A DNA stretch of 64,000 bases from positions 64,773-128,772 of the forward strand of contig PKTX01000058.1 of the NCBI GenBank assembly GCA_002868945.1. The letters run 5' to 3'. Of the stretch, positions 10,104 through 19,137 are shown in pieces (the stretch's first letter is position 1; every line of letters begins with the position of its first letter). The translations under genes were made by a program, and so were the position numbers. The notes below the pieces were generated by a model. That model did no database searches, was not told the DNA's origin, and saw nothing but the letters and a program-made list of their open reading frames with translations. This stretch comes from Desulfobulbaceae bacterium. Its GTDB lineage: Bacteria > Desulfobacterota > Desulfobulbia > Desulfobulbales > SURF-16.

Positions 10104-10574
10104 TCAACCACGGCGGCCGACGGCCAATCTTTTTTGGCGACGATCGCTGGCCTCTCGCCGGCGTCGTTTTTCCTCCGGCTCCAGGAAGAGTGCCTGGGGC
10201 ACCGGCGTGGGCCTGCCCTGCTCGTCAATGGCCACAAAGGTGAGATAGGCAGAGGCGATGTGCTTGACCCGTCCGGTGGTCAGTTCCTCCTCCTCAACTC
10301 GGACACCGATCTCCATGGAGGTGGTGCCCACCAGATTAAGGCTGGTTTTAAGGAGCAGCAGGTTGCCGATGGCCACATGGTTATGGAAGACCAGATTGTC
10401 AAAACTGGCGGTGACCACCATGCAGCGGGCATGACGACTGGCCACCACGGCCGCTGCTTCATCGATATATTTGGCCACCACGCCGCCATGGACAAAGCCC
10501 ATGGGGTTGCCGTCCTTGGGCAGCATGACGTGGGCCATGGTAATGGCCAGTTCCGAGGCCTTGCGCGTTGTCAT
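10104..10574 (-). CDS. Acyl-CoA thioesterase (hotdog fold, YciA-like)
   Basis: NPMGFVHGGVV is followed by a hotdog-fold pattern. 156 aa. Confidence 0.85.
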   Translation of the reverse strand: MTTRKASELAITMAHVMLPKDGNPMGFVHGGVVAKYIDEAAAVVASRHARCMVVTASFDNLVFHNHVAIGNLLLLKTSLNLVGTTSMEIGVRVEEEELTTGRVKHIASAYLTFVAIDEQGRPTPVPQALFLEPEEKRRRREASDRRQKRLAVGRRG

Positions 10575-10862
10575 TTCCTTCTCCCGGCATACTTTTTTAT
10601 GAAGTCCCTCTATTCTTTCTTATTGGCGCGGTCAAAAGCAAGGAGGAATGGGGCGGATCATTTAAAAAGGGCAAAAGATGGCAAATGCTGGTAAGTTGTC
10701 TGTTTTTTATTGCTCCATGATAGACAGGCAGGGCCTGTTTGGTTATAGTGCCTGCCCTCTGTCAGCAAAGAGGGCATTGCTGAATAAAACCTCCAGGACA
10801 ATTCGGCTCCCTTAGGCAACCAAAAGCTTGCGTAAAGCAATGACGAATTCTTTTAAAGATCT

Positions 10863-12449
10863 ATGAGTTTATATAAAAAGGAAGTTGAAAAGAGACGGAC
10901 ATTCGGCATTATCAGTCATCCTGATGCCGGAAAGACCACCCTCACCGAAAAGCTCTTGCTCTTTGGCGGTGCCATCCAGATGGCAGGTACCGTCAAGTCA
11001 AGGAAGGCGGATCGGCATGCCACCAGCGACTGGATGTCCATTGAGCAGGAACGCGGTATTTCGGTGACCAGTTCGGTCATGAAGTTTAATTACCGCGATT
11101 TTGAGATAAATCTGCTCGACACCCCCGGGCATCAGGACTTTTCCGAAGATACCTATCGCGTCTTAACGGCAGTGGATTCGGCCCTCATGGTTATTGATTC
11201 GGCCAAGGGTGTTGAACCGCAGACCGAAAAGCTGATGGAGGTCTGCCGGCTGCGCAACACCCCCATTATCACCTTTATCAACAAGCTGGATCGCGAGGGC
11301 ATGGATCCTCTGGAGATCATGAGCGAGATTGAGGACAAACTGCAGGTGGAGTGCACGCCCCTCTCCTGGCCCATCGGCATGGGCAAGCGTTTTAAGGGCG
11401 TCTATAATCTCTATGAGAAAAAACTGCATCTCTTTACCCCGGGCCAGGAGACCAGGGGCGGGGCAGGTGTTGTTATTGAGGACCTCGGCGATGCCCGCCT
11501 CGAAGAACTGATCGGCGCGGCAGAGGCCGATGAGCTGCGTGGTGATATCGAGCTGCTGGAAGGCGCCGCCAATCCCTTTGAGTTGAAGCACTACCTGCAG
11601 GGCAGTCAGACGCCGGTTTTCTTCGGCAGTGCCATCAACAACTTCGGAGTCAAGGAGATGCTCGATGCCTTTGTTGAACTGGCACCGGCGCCGGGCGTGC
11701 GTCAGGCCGCCACCCGTGAAGTCTCGGCCCAGGAGGAGGCTTTTTCCGGATTTGTCTTTAAGATCCAGGCCAATATGAACCCGGCCCATCGCGACCGCAT
11801 CGCCTTTTTGCGTATCTGTTCCGGCAAGTTCAAACGGGGCATGAAGGTTATCCACCATCGTATCGGCAAGCCGATCACCCTGGCCAACGCCACTATTTTC
11901 ATGGCCCAGGATCGCTCCAATGTCGAGGAGGCCTATGCCGGCGATATTATCGGCCTCCATAACCACGGCACCATCAAGATCGGCGATACCTTTACCCAAA
12001 AGGAGGAGCTCAAGTTTACCGGTATTCCCAACTTTGCGCCGGAGCATTTTCGCCGGGTAATTCTCAAGAACCCCTTGAAGACCAAACAGCTGCAAAAAGG
12101 GCTGGTGCAGTTGGCCGAGGAGGGCGCGGTGCAGGTCTTTCGTCCCCTGATCGGCAGTGACTATATTCTCGGAGCGGTGGGTGTGCTGCAGTTTGATGTT
12201 ACCATGGCCCGGCTCAAGAATGAGTATTGGGTGGATGCCATCTACGAGCCGGTGGAATATGCCGCGGCCCGCTGGGTGGATTGCCATGACAAAAAACGCC
12301 TCCGGGAGTTTGAGGCGCGCAACAAGGGCAGCCTGGCCTATGACGCCGAAGGGCATCTCACCTACCTGGCCCCCGGCCAGTGGCATATCGGTTTTGTTGA
12401 AGAACAGTGGCCTGATATTCTCTTTTTCAAGACGCGGGAGCATGCCTAG
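10863..12449 (+). CDS. prfC: Peptide chain release factor 3
   Basis: [28 protein letters not shown] and NKLDR; 528 aa. Confidence 0.95.
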   Translation: MSLYKKEVEKRRTFGIISHPDAGKTTLTEKLLLFGGAIQMAGTVKSRKADRHATSDWMSIEQERGISVTSSVMKFNYRDFEINLLDTPGHQDFSEDTYRVLTAVDSALMVIDSAKGVEPQTEKLMEVCRLRNTPIITFINKLDREGMDPLEIMSEIEDKLQVECTPLSWPIGMGKRFKGVYNLYEKKLHLFTPGQETRGGAGVVIEDLGDARLEELIGAAEADELRGDIELLEGAANPFELKHYLQGSQTPVFFGSAINNFGVKEMLDAFVELAPAPGVRQAATREVSAQEEAFSGFVFKIQANMNPAHRDRIAFLRICSGKFKRGMKVIHHRIGKPITLANATIFMAQDRSNVEEAYAGDIIGLHNHGTIKIGDTFTQKEELKFTGIPNFAPEHFRRVILKNPLKTKQLQKGLVQLAEEGAVQVFRPLIGSDYILGAVGVLQFDVTMARLKNEYWVDAIYEPVEYAAARWVDCHDKKRLREFEARNKGSLAYDAEGHLTYLAPGQWHIGFVEEQWPDILFFKTREHA

Positions 12450-12459
12450 GAGGGGAATA

Positions 12460-14376
12460 ATGGCGCGATGTCTCCTGATCAGCCTGGGATTTGTCTTGTT
12501 GTGGCCCTGCTGGGCGTCGGCCTTTGACCGGCAGGGCCGGGAGCAGGAGAATATCTTTGTGCTGCACTCCTACCAGAGCGGCCTGGGCTGGGTGGAGGAC
12601 GTCAACGACGGCATCTATAAGATACTGCTGGCCAAGGACCAGCATAATCTTGAACTCTATATGGAGTATATGGATGCCCAGCGCCTTGATGAACCCAATA
12701 TCTTTAATCGCCTGCGTGAGCAGCTCCGTCGCAAATATGGTCGGCTGACATTCACGGCGGTGATTGCCGTGGATGATATAGCCATTGATTTTCTGGCCCG
12801 CCACCATGCTGAGATCTTTCCGGGGGCGGCCACAATTTTTTGCGGCAAGGCCGGCGGCGAACCGATTGATGAGTATGGCCGGGAGGGTTTTGCCGGGGTG
12901 GTGGAGCATATCGATGTGGCCGCCACCCTGCAGGTTGGTCTTGACCTTTTCCCCGCCACCGAGCGGGTCGTCGTCATTAATGATCGAAGCGTTGACGGCC
13001 TGCTGCTTGATCCTCTTTTTCGGCGGCAGGAGGAAAATTTCCCCCATCTGCAGTTTGATTTTGTCACGCCGGTCTCCATGGATGAGCTTGTTGAGGAGGT
13101 GAAGTTGCTGAGCGGCAATACCTTGGTTTTGCTGGGCAATTTCACAAGGGATGAAAGGGGTCAGATATTCAGCAATACCAGGGCATCTTGGCTCATTGCC
13201 AGTCGTTGCAAGGTGCCGATCTTCAGTATGTGGGATTTTTATCTGGGCAGCGGCCCCATGGGGGGACGCATGGTCAGCGGCAAGGCCCAAGGGGAGCTGG
13301 CGGCCCAACTGGCCATGCAGGTTGTCTGGGGCGATCTGCTGCCCGGCCAAACCAAGACCCTGACCACCGACAATCATTACGCCTTCAGTTATAACGAGAT
13401 GCGCTGGTTTGATATCTCCTATGGCGCCCTGCCGGACAAGAGCACTGTCACCCAGGAACCACAGTCGGTGTTGTGGAAGTATAAAAAGCTGGGCTGGTCT
13501 GTTCTGGGTATTGCCTTGGCCCTGGAGGCCATGGTTATAGTTCTTTCCGTCTTGATTTACCGTTCCAAAAAGGCGGAGGCGGCCCTGGAGGAGCATCGCA
13601 ACACCCTGGAAGAGGTGGTGCATCAGCGGACCCTGGAGCTCTCCTCCACCAACAAGGTCCTCCATAATGAGATAGAGGAACGGAAGAAGGTGGAGGCGGC
13701 TCTGCTGGAATCAGAGGAGGTGCTGCATCAGCTCTCCAACAACCTCCTCACCGTCCAGGAAAATGAACGGCAGCGCATCTCCGCAGAGCTGCATGATGAG
13801 CTGGGCCAGTCCCTGGCCGCCTTGAAGCTGCAGCTGCGCGGCGTGGTCAGGGGACTTGACTCGCAACCGGTGGAGACCCTGCAGGCAGAGTGCGAGGAGC
13901 TGCGTTCCTCCATCAACCATATTATCGAGAATGTCCGGCGTCTGTCACGCAACCTGTCGCCGCTCCTGCTCGATGACCTTGGTATTGACGCCGCCCTGGA
14001 ACACCTGGTGAGCAGTTTTGCCAAATTTTCCGGCCTGGAGGCCGACATTGACCTCATGGAGATCAACACCTACTTCGGGCAGAACTCGCAGCGCATGATC
14101 TATCGTATTGTCCAGGAATCACTCAATAATATGAGTAAGCACGCCCAGGCCACCGCCTTTGGCGTGCAGATTGAAAAACGCCAGAATCGTATCTTTCTCG
14201 TTGTTAAAGATAATGGAAAAGGTTTTAATGTTGAGGAAATTTTTTCGTCCATCAGCCCTGAAAAGGGCATGGGACTGACTGCCATGGCGGAGCGCGTCCG
14301 CATCCTGCGTGGCAGCTTTGATGTCGAGAGTGAGCCAGGCTGCGGCACGGCCATTCATGTCACTATTCCTGTCTGA
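12460..14376 (+). CDS. Sensor histidine kinase (periplasmic ABC-substrate-binding-like domain, TM, coiled coil, HisKA_3, HATPase)
   Basis: ATG at 12460 after AGGAGGGG, followed by a signal/TM segment. H-box ERQRISAELHDELGQ and an ATPase region (DNGKGF, GMGLTAMAER). The track ORF from 12157 is an extension into prfC. Confidence 0.85.
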   Translation: MARCLLISLGFVLLWPCWASAFDRQGREQENIFVLHSYQSGLGWVEDVNDGIYKILLAKDQHNLELYMEYMDAQRLDEPNIFNRLREQLRRKYGRLTFTAVIAVDDIAIDFLARHHAEIFPGAATIFCGKAGGEPIDEYGREGFAGVVEHIDVAATLQVGLDLFPATERVVVINDRSVDGLLLDPLFRRQEENFPHLQFDFVTPVSMDELVEEVKLLSGNTLVLLGNFTRDERGQIFSNTRASWLIASRCKVPIFSMWDFYLGSGPMGGRMVSGKAQGELAAQLAMQVVWGDLLPGQTKTLTTDNHYAFSYNEMRWFDISYGALPDKSTVTQEPQSVLWKYKKLGWSVLGIALALEAMVIVLSVLIYRSKKAEAALEEHRNTLEEVVHQRTLELSSTNKVLHNEIEERKKVEAALLESEEVLHQLSNNLLTVQENERQRISAELHDELGQSLAALKLQLRGVVRGLDSQPVETLQAECEELRSSINHIIENVRRLSRNLSPLLLDDLGIDAALEHLVSSFAKFSGLEADIDLMEINTYFGQNSQRMIYRIVQESLNNMSKHAQATAFGVQIEKRQNRIFLVVKDNGKGFNVEEIFSSISPEKGMGLTAMAERVRILRGSFDVESEPGCGTAIHVTIPV

Positions 14377-14412
14377 CCAGCTATCACAAGCAACACGTAA
14401 AAGAGGTGTATT

Positions 14413-15069
14413 ATGGGGGTCTGTAGAGTTGTTCTGGCTGATGATCACGCCTTGATCCGGCATGGTATCAAGAAAATCATTGAAACAGAACCCTCTCTTG
14501 CCGTGATCGGTCAGGTTGGTGACGGCCTTGAACTTCTTAATTTTATTAAGAAAATAACCCCGGATGTTATCCTGCTGGATATTTCCATGCCCAATCTGCG
14601 GGGGATTGAGGCCATTGGCGAGGCGAAAAAGATCTGTCCTGATGTGAAAATCATCATACTGACCATGCATAAAAGCAAGCAGTACCTCTGCCACGCCCTT
14701 TCCGCCGGCGCTGATGGCTATATCCTCAAGGAAGACTCCGATACCGAGCTGCTCACCGCCATTAATGACGCCCTGCGGGGCGAGCTTTTTATCTCACCGG
14801 TGCTGGCCGATGAGTTGAGTGTCGAGGAGATCAAGGCCTGCCAGGAGAAGAAGGGGGTTCTTTCCGATTCCCTCACCCCGCGTGAAAGGCAGGTCCTGAA
14901 GCTGGTGGCCGAAGGCCGCACCAGTCGCGATATTGCCGAGTTGTTGTCCATCTCCACCCGTACTGTGGAGCATCACCGTGCCAACCTTCTCAAGAAGCTC
15001 AATATCAATAATACCGCCGACCTTATCAAGTACGCCATCCAGAAGGGCTACGTTCTGCCCACGCCTTGA
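14413..15069 (+). CDS. NarL/LuxR-family response regulator
   Basis: REC domain (VLADDH, ILLDISMP) plus a LuxR HTH (LTPRERQVLKLVAEGRTSRDIAELL). Confidence 0.9.
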   Translation: MGVCRVVLADDHALIRHGIKKIIETEPSLAVIGQVGDGLELLNFIKKITPDVILLDISMPNLRGIEAIGEAKKICPDVKIIILTMHKSKQYLCHALSAGADGYILKEDSDTELLTAINDALRGELFISPVLADELSVEEIKACQEKKGVLSDSLTPRERQVLKLVAEGRTSRDIAELLSISTRTVEHHRANLLKKLNINNTADLIKYAIQKGYVLPTP

Positions 15070-15197
15070 TTTGGCCAGCTCCTTGGAACACGCCATATGG
15101 GGCGATCGCTCCGGCTCACGCACCGACAAGGTGGGCTGATCCGTACCGTCTACGGCATTCTGTGATACTGCTTTAAAGGGTGATGCTTTGGCTGGTT

Positions 15198-15365
15198 CTA
15201 GGAGCCTGTCGGACTTAGACATAAATCTACTGCAAATTCGAAAAATCGGTCCATATTCCCATGGCTTTTCGTTAAATAGCTCTGCTATTCGCCTCAAATC
15301 CATGTAAATCTGGCCTTGATTTTTCGAATTTTCGCTACGATTCTCTAAGTCCGACAGGCTCCTAG
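15198..15365. mobile_element. MITE-like palindromic element with 21-bp perfect terminal inverted repeats
   Basis: TIRs are CTAGGAGCCTGTCGGACTTAG and CTAAGTCCGACAGGCTCCTAG. An inner IR pairs ATTCGAAAAATC with GATTTTTCGAAT. There is no coding capacity. Confidence 0.75.
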
Positions 15366-15644
15366 TCATTTTCTGTCTTAATCCGGGTAGGTTCTTTCTA
15401 AAGGGTTGTGGCGGTGTTGGGTGCACTCGCCACCACTATCTCTCGCGGCGGATGGGGGTGGCGATTTTCAGTGGCGCCTTTACAAGCCTTGATGGTGGCC
15501 TTCCTATCTTTTTTTTGGGGTAAAAGCTTAATTGTTTTCTTAATTTCTAATGCGCCTTTGCTCCATTTGTTTGCCTTTTTTCTTTATCTCTTTGATTTTC
15601 AATCACTTTAAAAACGGGCACAAAATAAGCCATGTTTTTTCTTT

Positions 15645-15696
15645 ACAAGGTATATATATTGTGCTTTTCTATCGTAGCGCCTACCATATTTGGTAT
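15645..15696 (+). promoter_or_regulatory. Candidate tandem NrdR boxes upstream of nrdJ
   Basis: Two AT-cored partial palindromes, GGTATATATATTGTGC and CTACCATATTTGGTAT, have centres about 32 bp apart. The match to the NrdR consensus is imperfect. Confidence 0.3.
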
Positions 15697-15948
15697 GTTT
15701 CCCTGTGGCGCTGGTTGCGACCCCGCCATCTGTCCAACACACTGAAAACATTGTCCGTTTACGGGTGCATTTTTAGGGGCGGTTCTTGCCGTTCCTTTTT
15801 CGCGTAAAAAAATCTTGTGTCGGGTGTCTCGAGTGGCCGTTGACCGCCACCTGTTGTCGTTGCGGGGTGACCCCTGCCGATAATGGCCGCACATACCGAC
15901 CAAAACTTGTTTGTTATGTCACCACACCACGTTGATAAGGAGATGCTC

Positions 15949-18216
15949 ATGACCAAGAAGATGTCTGCCACCGCCGGTACCCTTCCCGCCGGAGCTCCGC
16001 TGCCCGCTTTTGCCGATAGTGCCTTGAGTGTTCTGGAGCGCCGCTATCTGATGAAGGATAAAGAGGGCACGGTGCTGGAGAAACCAGAGGATATGTTGTG
16101 GCGGGTGGCCAGTACCATTGCCACGGCAGATGCCTCCTATGACAAGAAGGCGGACATCACTGCGCTGGCCATGGATTTTTATACCATGATGGCCCAATTT
16201 GATTTTATGCCCAACTCACCCACCCTGATGAATGCCGGCCGTGAGCTTGGTCAGCTTTCCGCCTGTTTTGTCCTGCCGGTGGAAGATTCCATGGAATCTA
16301 TCTTTGAGGCGGTCAAGCAGACCGCCCTTATCCATAAAAGTGGCGGCGGCACCGGTTTTTCCTTCTCACGGGTGCGGCCCCACCAGGATATTGTCCACTC
16401 CACCAAGGGCGTCTCTTCCGGTCCCATCTCCTTTATGTCCGTCTTTGACGTGGCCACGGAGACCATTAAGCAGGGCGGCACCAGAAGAGGGGCGAATATG
16501 GCCATGCTGCGGGTGGATCATCCGGATATCATGGATTTTATCAAGGTCAAGTCCGACCTGAAGAAGCTCAACAACTTCAATATCTCCGTGGCGATCACCG
16601 ATGCCTTTATGGAGGCCGTGGACAATGATGAGGACTATGCCATCATCAATCCCCGCGATAACTCCGTGGTGGCCAGGAAAAATGCCCGTAAGGTTTTCAA
16701 GCAGATCGTCAAGCAGGCCTGGTTCTCCGGCGAGCCGGGTATTGTTTTTATCGATCGGATGAATGACGATAATCCCACCCCGGCCCTGGGCGCCATTGAG
16801 AGCACCAACCCCTGCGGCGAGCAGCCCCTGCTGCCCCACGAGTCATGCAACCTCGGCTCCATCAACCTGGCCAATATGGTGGTGGACGACGCCATCGACT
16901 ATGACAAGCTTGCCGACATTGTCGAAAAATCTATCCACTTTCTCGACAATGTCGTGGATCTCAACCGCTATCCATTGCCGGAAATCGCCGAAAAGACCAA
17001 GGGCAATCGCAAGGTGGGTCTCGGTGTCATGGGCTTTGCCGATATGTTGATAAAGCTGGGCATTCCCTACTCTTCGCATGAGGCGTCCGAAGTGGCTGAG
17101 AAGGTGATGGGTTTTATTGACCATACGGCCTATGAGGCCTCCGTCAAGCTGGCGCGGATCAGGGGAGCCTTCCCCAACTTCACCAAGTCCATCTACTATG
17201 AACAGGATCCCAATACACCGGTGCGCAACGCCACCAGAACCACTATTGCCCCCACCGGTACCATCTCCATCCTGGCCAACTGTTCCAGCGGTGTGGAGCC
17301 CCTCTTTGCCGTCTCCTATGTGCGGCGCGTCATGGATAATGACGAGTTCTATGAGGTCAATCCCCTTTTTGAACAGATCGCCAAGGAAAACGGTTTCTAC
17401 TCCACCAGCCTGATGAAGACCATTGCCGAGCATGGCACGGTGCAGGGCATTGCCGAGATTCCGACCACCTATCGACAGGTCTTTGAAACGGCCCATGACA
17501 TCAGTCCCAAGAATCATATCGATATCCAGTCCGCCTTCCAGCGCCATACCAATAATGCGGTGAGTAAGACCATCAACTTCCCCAACAGCGCCAGTGAGGA
17601 GGAGGTGCATGACGCCTATATGCGGGCCTATAAACAGGGCTGTAAAGGGGTGACCATTTACCGTGACGGTTGCCGTGATAACCAGGTGCTTTCCATCGGC
17701 ACGAAGGAGAGCCAGGCCGCTGCCCAGACCACTGGCCTGGATGCCAAGCCGGTGAAACGGGATCGGCCGCGTCGGCTGGCCGGCAGCACCTATCAGATGG
17801 AGACGGGGTGTGGTCCCATGTATGTCACCATCAATGAGGATGACCAGGGACACCAGTTCGAGCTCTTTAATATGGTGGGCAAGGCGGGTGGCTGTGCGGC
17901 CAGCCAGTGTGAGGCCATTGGCCGCCTGGTTTCGCTGTCGTGGCGTTCCGGCATGGCGCCGGAGCCGATTCTCAAACAGCTCATCGGTATCAGCTGTCAT
18001 AAACCCCATGGCTTCGGCAAGAACAAGGTTGTTTCCTGTGCCGACGCCATTGCCAAGGCCATCCAGCAGCATATTGAAGGCAATGGTCGCTCCACCTCTG
18101 ATGCCACAGGTCATGAGCATCAGATGTTTGGCGCCTGCCCTGAATGCGGTGGAGTTATAGAGCATGAGGGCGGCTGTTGTGTCTGCCATGCCTGTGGCTA
18201 TTCCGAGTGTGGTTGA
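15949..18216 (+). CDS. nrdJ: Adenosylcobalamin-dependent (class II) ribonucleotide reductase
   Basis: LSACFVLPV, ESTNPCGEQPL and NAVSKTINFP, with a C-terminal Cys-rich ribbon. The ATG at 15949 lies 6 nt after AAGGAG. Confidence 0.93.
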   Translation: MTKKMSATAGTLPAGAPLPAFADSALSVLERRYLMKDKEGTVLEKPEDMLWRVASTIATADASYDKKADITALAMDFYTMMAQFDFMPNSPTLMNAGRELGQLSACFVLPVEDSMESIFEAVKQTALIHKSGGGTGFSFSRVRPHQDIVHSTKGVSSGPISFMSVFDVATETIKQGGTRRGANMAMLRVDHPDIMDFIKVKSDLKKLNNFNISVAITDAFMEAVDNDEDYAIINPRDNSVVARKNARKVFKQIVKQAWFSGEPGIVFIDRMNDDNPTPALGAIESTNPCGEQPLLPHESCNLGSINLANMVVDDAIDYDKLADIVEKSIHFLDNVVDLNRYPLPEIAEKTKGNRKVGLGVMGFADMLIKLGIPYSSHEASEVAEKVMGFIDHTAYEASVKLARIRGAFPNFTKSIYYEQDPNTPVRNATRTTIAPTGTISILANCSSGVEPLFAVSYVRRVMDNDEFYEVNPLFEQIAKENGFYSTSLMKTIAEHGTVQGIAEIPTTYRQVFETAHDISPKNHIDIQSAFQRHTNNAVSKTINFPNSASEEEVHDAYMRAYKQGCKGVTIYRDGCRDNQVLSIGTKESQAAAQTTGLDAKPVKRDRPRRLAGSTYQMETGCGPMYVTINEDDQGHQFELFNMVGKAGGCAASQCEAIGRLVSLSWRSGMAPEPILKQLIGISCHKPHGFGKNKVVSCADAIAKAIQQHIEGNGRSTSDATGHEHQMFGACPECGGVIEHEGGCCVCHACGYSECG

Positions 18217-18238
18217 CGGCGCGATACTCTTGTCGTCC

Positions 18239-18294
18239 AGGCCATAAAAAAAGGAGGCTGTCCCAAAAGGGGCAGCCTCCTTTTTTTATGGCCT
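18239..18294. terminator. Bidirectional terminator between nrdJ and the PP2C gene
   Basis: AGGAGGCTGTCCC-AAAA-GGGGCAGCCTCCT hairpin flanked by an A-run and a T-run. Confidence 0.75.
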
Positions 18295-18387
18295 GGACCT
18301 GCTCTTCACCCCTCTTTGGGGGCAAGCAATCGGCGCCGGCATGGCCTGTTTCGCCAGGACAGGAGAGGGCTGTGCGCCACGATCTTG

Positions 18388-19137
18388 TTAGTCGACCTTG
18401 ATCAGAACGGCGGTGATATTGTCGCGGCCACCAGCGTCGTTGGCCCGGTTGATCAGGTGGTTACAGGCATCCTGCAGGCTGGCGGCCCTGTTGATTATGG
18501 CGGTTATCTCCTCGTCGCTCACCATGTTCAACAGACCGTCGGAACAGAGCAGGATCTGGTCGCCGCCGCTCAACTCAAGCATGTGGTATTCCGGACTGTT
18601 ATCCGGACTGACGCCTATGCAGCGGGTAACGATGTTTTTGGCCTGGCTTTCATCACTATTGTCGTTCATGGCGGCCAGGGAGTGATCCGCGGTGATCTGC
18701 CGGATAAGCCGACCTTGAATGAGGTAACCGCGCACATCTCCCACATGACAGATATGGGCCTGCTTGCCCATCACCAGGCAGCCGATCATGGTGCAGCCCA
18801 GACCGGCCATTTCCGGTTTTCTGGTACCGTAGCTCAGCACGGTATTATTGGCCTTACGAAAGCCTTCCATGAGGAGATGGCGACAGGCCTCGGGGGAGAG
18901 GTTCTTCTTGAGTTCCGTCACCGGAATGGTCTCAATAACTTTTTCAATGGCCAGACGGCTGGCTACTTCGCCCCCCTTATGGCCCCCCATGCCATCGGCG
19001 ACCAGGTAGAGATTCTGGTCGGGTCGCAGGCTAAAGCTGTCTTCATTGTGCTGGCGCATTTTGCCGACGTCGGTGCGGCCGAAACTCTGCAGCTTGATGG
19101 GCTGGTTGTTGAAGAGGTTACGGAAAAAATTAATCAA
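18388..19137 (-). CDS. PP2C-family Ser/Thr phosphatase
   Basis: RTDVGKMRQHNEDS, VADGMGGH, LLCSDGL and GGRDNITAV. The apparent TTG start overlaps the kinase TGA (TTGA). Confidence 0.9.
   Translation of the reverse strand: MINFFRNLFNNQPIKLQSFGRTDVGKMRQHNEDSFSLRPDQNLYLVADGMGGHKGGEVASRLAIEKVIETIPVTELKKNLSPEACRHLLMEGFRKANNTVLSYGTRKPEMAGLGCTMIGCLVMGKQAHICHVGDVRGYLIQGRLIRQITADHSLAAMNDNSDESQAKNIVTRCIGVSPDNSPEYHMLELSGGDQILLCSDGLLNMVSDEEITAIINRAASLQDACNHLINRANDAGGRDNITAVLIKVD

Noticed and set aside
15366-15948. Cobalamin riboswitch upstream of nrdJ.
   Set aside because: There is no B12-box (GCCACTG-like) and no conserved AGGGAA...GGTG core. B12 riboswitches typically control B12-independent RNRs rather than the B12-dependent enzyme.
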